Shown one piece after another: positions 1 to 9,379 of a DNA stretch of 64,000 bases. Location: positions 248,744,001 through 248,808,000 of the forward strand of contig OZ024741.1 of the NCBI GenBank assembly GCA_964016885.1. The letters are read 5' to 3'. Positions within the stretch are counted from its first letter, which is position 1. Each line of letters begins with the position of its first letter. Origin of the DNA: Eledone cirrhosa (Eukaryota). The notes beneath the pieces are model-generated. The model was not told the DNA's origin. It was given only the letters and a program-made list of their open reading frames with translations, and ran no database searches. Both the position numbers and the translations under genes were made by a program.

Positions 1-22
1 AGATAATTTGTAAAAAAAATCA

Positions 23-148
23 GGGGTAGATAATTTTCAGCCGTCCAAGGGGAGATAATTTCCATCCTTCCAAGGGGAGATAATTTCCAGCCGTCCAAGG
101 GGAGATAATTTCCCGCCAGCCAAGGAGAGATAACATTTAAAAAAATCA
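23..148 (+). repeat. Cassette alpha (representative copy): 4 B monomers plus exit monomer
   Basis: Entered via GGGGTAGAT, then B, B(CCATCCTTCC), B, B(CCCGCCAGCC), then GGAGAGATAA[C/T]ATTTAAAAAAATCA. Recurs at about 871, 3072, 3251, 4101, 5124, 5330 and throughout the window. Confidence 0.95.
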
Positions 149-314
149 GGGGGAGATAATTTGTAAAAAAAAATCAGGGGGAGATAATTCGTAAAAAAAA
201 TCAGGGGGAGATAATTTGTAAAAAAAATCAGGGGTAGATAATTTGTAAAAAAAAATCAGGGGGAGATAATTTGTAAAAAAAAAATCAGGGGGAGATAATT
301 TGTAAAAAAATCAA

Positions 315-469
315 GGGGAGATAATTTCCAGCCGTCCAAGGGGAGATAATTTTCAGCCGTCCAAGGAGAGTTAATTTCTAGCCGTCCAAGGGGAGATAAT
401 TTCCAGCCGTCCAAGGGGAGATAATTTTTTTAAAAAAATCAGGCGGAGATAATTTGTAAACAAAAATCA
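315..469 (+). repeat. Cassette beta (representative copy): 4 B monomers, a TnAm monomer and a GTAAACAAAAA monomer
   Basis: Entered via TCAAGGGG, then B, B(TTTTCAG), B(GGAGAGGTAATTTCTAG; GGAGAGTT in this copy), B, then ATTTTTTTAAAAAAATCAGGCGG and GTAAACAAAAA. Variants: 2-nt deleted GGAGGTAAT (about 1266), 5-monomer GTAAATTCTAG/GGAGATATAAT form (about 2060-2185), and a form ending CCAGCCAGCC often followed by CAGATGTAG (665-800). Confidence 0.93.
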
Positions 470-1452
470 GGGGGAGATAATTTGTAAAAAAAAATCAGGG
501 GGAGATAATTTGTAAAAAAAAATCAGGGGGAGATAATTTGTAAAAAAAATCAAGGGGAGATAATTTGTAAAAAAAACTCAGTGGTAGATAATTTGTAAAA
601 AAAAATCAGGGGGAGATAATTTGTAAAAAAAAAATCAGGGGGAGATAATTTGTAAAAAAATCAAGGGGAGATAATTTCCAGCCGTCCAAGGGGAGATAAT
701 TTTCAGCCGTCCAAGGAGAGGTAATTTCTAGCCGTCCAAGGGGAGATAATTTCCAGCCAGCCAAGGGGAGATAATTTGTAAAAAATCAGATGTAGATAAT
801 TTGTAAAAAAAAATCAGGGGGAGATAATTTGTAAAAAAAATCAGGGGGAGATAATTTGTAAAAAAAATCAGGGGTAGATAATTTCCAGCCGTCCAAGGGG
901 AGATAATTTCCATCCTTCCAAGGGGAGATAATTTCCAGCCGTCCAAGGGGAGATAATTTCCCGCCAGCCAAGGAGAGATAATATTTAAAAAAATCAGGCG
1001 GAGATAATTTGTAAAAAAAATCAGGGGGAGATAATTTGTAAAAAAATCAGGGGGAGATAATTTGTAAAAAAAAATCCGGGGAGATAATTTGTAAAAAAAA
1101 TCAGGGGGAGATAATTTGTAAAAAAAAATCAGGGGTAGATAATTTGTAAAAAAAAATCAGGGGGAGATAATTTGTAAAAAAAAAATCAGGGGGAGATAAT
1201 TTGTAAAAAAATCAAGGGGAGATAATTTCCAGCCGTCCAAGGGGAGATAATTTTCAGCCGTCCAAGGAGGTAATTTCTAGCCGTCCAAGGGGAGATAATT
1301 TCCAGCCGTCCAAGGGGAGATAATTTTTTTTAAAAAATCAGGCGGAGATAATTTGTAAACAAAAATCAGGGGGAGATAATTTGTAAAAAAAAATCAGGGG
1401 GAGATAATTTGTAAAAAAAAATCAGGGGGAGATAATTTGTAAAAAAAATCAA

Positions 1453-1676
1453 GGGGAGATAATTTCCAGCCGTCCAAGGGGAGGTAATATCTAGCCATCC
1501 AAGGGGAGATAATCTCCAGCCGTCCAAGGGGAGATAATTTCCAGCCGTCCAAGGGGAGATAATATCCAGCCGTCCAAGGAGACATATTTTCCAGCCGTCC
1601 AAGGAGAGGTAATTTCTAGCCGTCCAAGGGGAGATAAGTTCCAGCCTCCAAGGGGAGATAATTTCCAGCCAGCCAA
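1453..1676 (+). repeat. Cassette gamma (representative copy): 9 B monomers, 224 bp
   Basis: Fixed variant order: B, GGAGGTAATATCTAGCCATCC, B, B, AATATCC, GGAGACATATTTTCC, GGAGAGGTAATTTCTAG, ATAAGTTCCAGCCTCC (24 bp), CCAGCCAGCC. Marked in the ORF track by the recurring 78-aa MDGWKICLLGRLD peptide. Confidence 0.95.
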
Positions 1677-2656
1677 GGGGAGATAATTTGTAAAAAAATC
1701 AGGGGGAGATAATTTGTAAAAAAAAAATCAGGGGGAGATAATTTGTAAAAAAATCAGGGGGAGATAATTTGTAAAAAAAAAATCAGGGGGAGATAATTTG
1801 TAAAAAAAATCAGGGGGAGATAATTTGTAGAAAAAATCAGGGGTAGATAATTTGTAAAAAAAATCAGGGGGAGATAATTTGTAAAAAAAATCAGGGGGAG
1901 ATAATTTGTAAAAAAAATCAGGGGTAGATAATTTGTAAAAAAAAATTAGGGGGAGATAATTTGTAAAAAAAAATCAGGGGGAGATAATTTGTAAAAAAAA
2001 ATCAGGGGGAGATAATTTGTAAAAAAAAATCAGGGGGAGATAATTTGTAAAAAAAATCAAGGGGAGATAATTTCCAGCCGTCCAAGGGGAGATAATTTTC
2101 AGCCGTCCAAGGAGAGGTAAATTCTAGCCGTCCAAGGAGATATAATTTCCAGCCGTCCAAGGGGAGATAATTTCCAGCCGTCCAAGGGGAGATAATTTTT
2201 TTAAAAAAATCAGGCGGAGATAATTTGTAAACAAAAATCAGGGGGAGATAATTTTAAAAAAAAAATCAGGGGGAGATAATTTGTAAAAAAAAATCAGGGG
2301 GAGATAATTTGTAAAAAAAATCAAGGGGAGATAATTTCCAGCCGTCCAAGGGGAGGTAATATCTAGCCATCCAAGGGGAGATAATTTCCAGCCGTCCAAG
2401 GGGAGATAATTTCCAGCCGTCCAAGGGGAGATAATATCCAGCCGTCCAAGGAGACATATTTTCCAGCCGTCCAAGGAGAGGTAATTTCTAGCCGTCCAAG
2501 GGGAGATAAGTTCCAGCCTCCAAGGGGAGATAATTTCCAGCCAGCCAAGGGGAGATAATTTGTAAAAAAATCAGGGGGGAGATAATTTGTAAAAAAAATC
2601 AGGGGGAGATAATTTGAAAAAAAAATCAGGGGGAGATAATTTGTAAAAAATATCAA

Positions 2657-2843
2657 GGGGATATAATTTCCAGCCCTCCAAGGGGCTATAATTTCCAGCC
2701 GTGCAAGGGGAGATAATTTCCAGCCGTCCAAGGGGAGATAATTTCCATCCTTCCAAGGGGAGATAATTTCCAGCCGTCCAAGGGGAGATAATTTCCCGCC
2801 AGCCAAGGGAAGATAATTTTTTAAAAAATCAGGCGGAGATTGT
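2657..2843 (+). repeat. Cassette delta (representative copy): 6 B monomers plus a 4-nt-deleted A monomer; 15 copies in the window
   Basis: Entered via AATATCAAGGGG; CCAGCCCTCC, GGGGCTATAATTTCCAGCCGTGC, B, CCATCCTT, B, CCCGCCAGCC, then GGGAAGATAATTTTTTAAAAAATCAGGCGGAGATTGT. Copies are tracked by the 61-aa MEGWKLS ORF at 2571, 7129, 12230, 14795, 22153, 25315, 30208, 33644, 37176, 41602, 44140, 49920, 51459, 56142, 58680. Confidence 0.95.
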
Positions 2844-5800
2844 AAAAAAAATCAGGGGGAGATAATTTGTAAAAAAATCAGGGGGAGATAATTTGTAAAA
2901 AAAAATCAGGCGGAGATAATTTGTAAAAAAAAATCAGGGGGAGATAATTTGTAAAAAAAATCAGGGGGAGATAATTTGTAAAAAAAATCAGGGGTAGATA
3001 ATTTGTAAAAAAAATCAGGGGGAGATAATTTGTAAAAAAAATCAGGGGGAGATAATTTGTAAAAAAAATCAGGGGTAGATAATTTTCAGCCGTCCAAGGG
3101 GAGATAATTTCCATCCTTCCAAGGGGAGATAATTTCCAGCCGTCCAAGGGGAGATAATTTCCCGCCAGCCAAGGAGAGATAACATTTAAAAAAATCAGGC
3201 GGAGATAATTTGTAAAAAAATCAGGGGGAGATAATTTGTAAAAAAAATCAGGGGTAGATAATTTTCAGCCGTCCAAGGGGAGATAATTTCCATCCTTCCA
3301 AGGGGAGATAATTTCCAGCCGTCCAAGGGGAGATAATTTCCCGCCAGCCAAGGAGAGATAACATTTAAAAAAATCAGGGGGAGATAATTTGTAAAAAAAA
3401 ATCAGGGGGAGATAATTCGTAAAAAAAATCAGGGGGAGATAATTTGTAAAAAAAAATCAGGGGGAGATAATTTGTAAAAAAAAATCAGGGGGAGATAATT
3501 TGTAAAAAAAAAATCAGGGGGAGATAATTTGTAAAAAAATCAAGGGGAGATAATTTCCAGCCGTCCAAGGGGAGATAATTTTCAGCCGTCCAAGGAGAGG
3601 TAATTTCTAGCCGTCCAAGGGGAGATAATTTCCAGCCGTCCAAGGGGAGATAATTTTTTTAAAAAAATCAGGCGGAGATAATTTGTAAACAAAAATCAGG
3701 GGGAGATAATTTGTAAAAAAAAATCAGGGGGAGATAATTTGTAAAAAAAAATCAGGGGGAGATAATTTGTAAAAAAAATCAAGGGGAGATAATTTGTAAA
3801 AAAAAATCAGGGGTAGATAATTTGTAAAAAAAAATCAGGGGGAAATAATTTGTAACAAAAAAATCAGGGGGAGATAATTTGTAAAAAAATCAAGGGGAGA
3901 TAATTTCCAGCCGTCCAAGGGGAGATAATTTTCAGCCGTCCAAGGAGAGGTAATTTCTAGCCGTCCAAGGGGAGATAATTTCCAGCCAGCCAAGGGGAGA
4001 TAATTTGTAAAAAAATCAGATGTAGATAATTTGTAAAAAAAAATCAGGGGGAGATAATTTGTAAAAAAAATCAGGGGGAGATAATTTGTAAAAAAAATCA
4101 GGGGTAGATAATTTCCAGCCGTCCAAGGGGAGATAATTTCCATCCTTCCAAGGGGAGATAATTTCCAGCCGTCCAAGGGGAGATAATTTCCCGCCAGCCA
4201 AGGAGAGATAATATTTAAAAAAATCAGGCGGAGATAATTTGTAAAAAAAATCAGGGGGAGATAATTTGTAAAAAAATCAGGGGGAGATAATTTGTAAAAA
4301 AAAATCAGGGGAGATAATTTGTAAAAAAAATCAGGGGGAGATAATTTGTAAAAAAAAATCAGGGGTAGATAATTTGTAAAAAAAAATCAGGGGGAGATAA
4401 TTTGTAAAAAAAAATCAGGGGGAGATAATTTGTAAAAAAATCAAGGGGAGATAATTTCCAGCCGTCCAAGGGGAGATAATTTTCAGCCGTCCAAGGAGGT
4501 AATTTCTAGCCGTCCAAGGGGAGATAATTTCCAGCCGTCCAAGGGGAGATAATTTTTTTTAAAAAATCAGGCGGAGATAATTTGTAAACAAAAATCAGGG
4601 GGAGATAATTTGTAAAAAAAAATCAGGGGGAGATAATTTGTAAAGAAAATCAGGGGGAGATAATTTGTAAAAAAAATCAAGGGGAGATAATTTCCAGCCG
4701 TCCAAGGGGAGGTAATATCTAGCCATCCAAGGGGAGATAATTTCCAGCCGTCCAAGGGGAGATAATTTCCAGCCGTCCAAGGGGAGATAATATCCAGCCG
4801 TCCAAGGAGACATATTTTCCAGCCGTCCAAGGGGAGATAAGTTCCAGCCTCCAAGGGGAGAAAATTTCCAGCCAGCCAAGGGGAGATAATTTGTAAAAAA
4901 ATCAGGGGGAGATAATTTGTAAAAAAAAAATCAGGGGGAGATAATTTGTAAAAAAATCAGGGGGAGATAATTTGTAAAAAAAAAATCAGGGGGAGATAAT
5001 TTGTAAAAAAAATCAGGGGGAGATAATTTGTAGAAAAAATCAGGGGTAGATAATTTGTAAAAAAAATCAGGGGGAGATAATTTGTAAAAAAAATCAGGGG
5101 GAGATAATTTGTAAAAAAAATCAGGGGTAGATAATTTTCAGCCGTCCAAGGGGAGATAATTTCCATCCTTCCAAGGGGAGATAATTTCCAGCCGTCCAAG
5201 GGGAGATAATTTCCCGCCAGCCAAGGAGAGATAACATTTAAAAAAATCAGGCGGAGATAATTTGTAAAAAAAATCAGGGGGAGATAATTTGTAAAAAAAT
5301 CAGGGGGAGATAATTTGTAAAAAAAATCAGGGGTAGATAATTTCCAGCCGTCCAAGGGGAGATAATTTCCATCCTTCCAAGGGGAGATAATTTCCAGCCG
5401 TCCAAGGGGAGATAATTTCCCGCCAGCCAAGGAGAGATAATATTTAAAAAAATCAGGCGGAGATAATTTGTAAAAAAAATCAGGCGGAGATAATTTGTAA
5501 AAAAAAATCAGGGGGAGATAATTTGTAAAAAAAAATCAGGGGGAGATAATTTGTAAAAAAATCAAGGGGAGATAATTTCCAGCCGTCCAAGGGGAGATAA
5601 TTTTCAGCCGTCCAAGGAGAGGTAATTTCTAGCCGTCCAAGGGGAGATAATTTCCAGCCAGCCAAGGGGAGATAATTTGTAAAAAAATCAGATGTAGATA
5701 ATTTGTAAAAAAAAATCAGGTGGAGATAATTTGTAAAAAAAATCAGGGGGAGATAATTTGTAAAAAAAATCAGGGGTAGATAATTTCCAGCCGTCCAAGG

Positions 5801-8800
5801 GGAGATAATTTTCAGCCGTCCAAGGAGGTAATTTCTAGCCGTCCAAGGGGAGATAATTTCCAGCCGTCCAAGGGGAGATAATTTTTTTTAAAAAATCAGG
5901 CGGAGATAATTTGTAAACAAAAATCAGGGGGAGATAATTTGTAAAAAAAAATCAGGGGGAGATAATTTGTAAAAAAAAATCAGGGGGAGATAATTTGTAA
6001 AAAAAATCAAGGGGAGATAATTTCCAGCCGTCCAAGGGGAGGTAATATCTAGCCATCCAAGGGGAGATAATCTCCAGCCGTCCAAGGGGAGATAATTTCC
6101 AGCCGTCCAAGGGGAGATAATATCCAGCCGTCCAAGGAGACATATTTTCCAGCCGTCCAAGGAGAGGTAATTTCTAGCCGTCCAAGGGGAGATAAGTTCC
6201 AGCCTCCAAGGGGAGATAATTTCCAGCCAGCCAAGGGGAGATAATTTGTAAAAAAATCAGGGGGAGATAATTTGTAAAAAAAAAATCAGGGGGAGATAAT
6301 TTGTAAAAAAATCAGGGGGAGATAATTTGTAAAAAAAAAATCAGGGGGAGATAATTTGTAAAAAAAATCAGGGGGAGATAATTTGTAGAAAAAATCAGGG
6401 GTAGATAATTTGTAAAAAAAATCAGGGGGAGATAATTTGTAAAAAAAATCAGGGGGAGATAATTTGTAAAAAAAATCAGGGGTAGATAATTTGTAAAAAA
6501 AAATTAGGGGGAGATAATTTGTAAAAAAAAATCAGGGGGAGATAATTTGTAAAAAAAAATCAGGGGGAGATAATTTGTAAAAAAAAATCAGGGGGAGATA
6601 ATTTGTAAAAAAAATCAAGGGGAGATAATTTCCAGCCGTCCAAGGGGAGATAATTTTCAGCCGTCCAAGGAGAGGTAAATTCTAGCCGTCCAAGGAGATA
6701 TAATTTCCAGCCGTCCAAGGGGAGATAATTTCCAGCCGTCCAAGGGGAGATAATTTTTTTAAAAAAATCAGGCGGAGATAATTTGTAAACAAAAATCAGG
6801 GGGAGATAATTTTAAAAAAAAAATCAGGGGGAGATAATTTGTAAAAAAAAATCAGGGGGAGATAATTTGTAAAAAAAATCAAGGGGAGATAATTTCCAGC
6901 CGTCCAAGGGGAGGTAATATCTAGCCATCCAAGGGGAGATAATTTCCAGCCGTCCAAGGGGAGATAATTTCCAGCCGTCCAAGGGGAGATAATATCCAGC
7001 CGTCCAAGGAGACATATTTTCCAGCCGTCCAAGGAGAGGTAATTTCTAGCCGTCCAAGGGGAGATAAGTTCCAGCCTCCAAGGGGAGATAATTTCCAGCC
7101 AGCCAAGGGGAGATAATTTGTAAAAAAATCAGGGGGGAGATAATTTGTAAAAAAAATCAGGGGGAGATAATTTGAAAAAAAAATCAGGGGGAGATAATTT
7201 GTAAAAAATATCAAGGGGATATAATTTCCAGCCCTCCAAGGGGCTATAATTTCCAGCCGTGCAAGGGGAGATAATTTCCAGCCGTCCAAGGGGAGATAAT
7301 TTCCATCCTTCCAAGGGGAGATAATTTCCAGCCGTCCAAGGGGAGATAATTTCCCGCCAGCCAAGGGAAGATAATTTTTTAAAAAATCAGGCGGAGATTG
7401 TAAAAAAAATCAGGGGGAGATAATTTGTAAAAAAATCAGGGGGAGATAATTTGTAAAAAAAAATCAGGCGGAGATAATTTGTAAAAAAAAATCAGGGGGA
7501 GATAATTTGTAAAAAAAATCAGGGGGAGATAATTTGTAAAAAAAATCAGGGGTAGATAATTTGTAAAAAAAATCAGGGGGAGATAATTTGTAAAAAAAAT
7601 CAGGGGGAGATAATTTGTAAAAAAAATCAGGGGTAGATAATTTTCAGCCGTCCAAGGGGAGATAATTTCCATCCTTCCAAGGGGAGATAATTTCCAGCCG
7701 TCCAAGGGGAGATAATTTCCCGCCAGCCAAGGAGAGATAACATTTAAAAAAATCAGGCGGAGATAATTTGTAAAAAAATCAGGGGGAGATAATTTGTAAA
7801 AAAAATCAGGGGTAGATAATTTTCAGCCGTCCAAGGGGAGATAATTTCCATCCTTCCAAGGGGAGATAATTTCCAGCCGTCCAAGGGGAGATAATTTCCC
7901 GCCAGCCAAGGAGAGATAACATTTAAAAAAATCAGGGGGAGATAATTTGTAAAAAAAAATCAGGGGGAGATAATTCGTAAAAAAAATCAGGGGGAGATAA
8001 TTTGTAAAAAAAAATCAGGGGGAGATAATTTGTAAAAAAAAATCAGGGGGAGATAATTTGTAAAAAAAAAATCAGGGGGAGATAATTTGTAAAAAAATCA
8101 AGGGGAGATAATTTCCAGCCGTCCAAGGGGAGATAATTTTCAGCCGTCCAAGGAGAGGTAATTTCTAGCCGTCCAAGGGGAGATAATTTCCAGCCGTCCA
8201 AGGGGAGATAATTTTTTTAAAAAAATCAGGCGGAGATAATTTGTAAACAAAAATCAGGGGGAGATAATTTGTAAAAAAAAATCAGGGGGAGATAATTTGT
8301 AAAAAAAAATCAGGGGGAGATAATTTGTAAAAAAAATCAAGGGGAGATAATTTGTAAAAAAAAATCAGGGGTAGATAATTTGTAAAAAAAAATCAGGGGG
8401 AAATAATTTGTAACAAAAAAATCAGGGGGAGATAATTTGTAAAAAAATCAAGGGGAGATAATTTCCAGCCGTCCAAGGGGAGATAATTTTCAGCCGTCCA
8501 AGGAGAGGTAATTTCTAGCCGTCCAAGGGGAGATAATTTCCAGCCAGCCAAGGGGAGATAATTTGTAAAAAAATCAGATGTAGATAATTTGTAAAAAAAA
8601 ATCAGGGGGAGATAATTTGTAAAAAAAATCAGGGGGAGATAATTTGTAAAAAAAATCAGGGGTAGATAATTTCCAGCCGTCCAAGGGGAGATAATTTCCA
8701 TCCTTCCAAGGGGAGATAATTTCCAGCCGTCCAAGGGGAGATAATTTCCCGCCAGCCAAGGAGAGATAATATTTAAAAAAATCAGGCGGAGATAATTTGT

Positions 8801-9379
8801 AAAAAAAATCAGGGGGAGATAATTTGTAAAAAAATCAGGGGGAGATAATTTGTAAAAAAAAATCAGGGGAGATAATTTGTAAAAAAAATCAGGGGGAGAT
8901 AATTTGTAAAAAAAAATCAGGGGTAGATAATTTGTAAAAAAAAATCAGGGGGAGATAATTTGTAAAAAAAAATCAGGGGGAGATAATTTGTAAAAAAATC
9001 AAGGGGAGATAATTTCCAGCCGTCCAAGGGGAGATAATTTTCAGCCGTCCAAGGAGGTAATTTCTAGCCGTCCAAGGGGAGATAATTTCCAGCCGTCCAA
9101 GGGGAGATAATTTTTTTTAAAAAATCAGGCGGAGATAATTTGTAAACAAAAATCAGGGGGAGATAATTTGTAAAAAAAAATCAGGGGGAGATAATTTGTA
9201 AAGAAAATCAGGGGGAGATAATTTGTAAAAAAAATCAAGGGGAGATAATTTCCAGCCGTCCAAGGGGAGGTAATATCTAGCCATCCAAGGGGAGATAATT
9301 TCCAGCCGTCCAAGGGGAGATAATTTCCAGCCGTCCAAGGGGAGATAATATCCAGCCGTCCAAGGAGACATATTTTCCA

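Noticed and set aside
424-439. Terminator, poly(A) tail or TTAA transposon target at T/A runs
   Set aside because: Integral monomer variants with no GC stem, element body, terminal repeats or target-site duplication.
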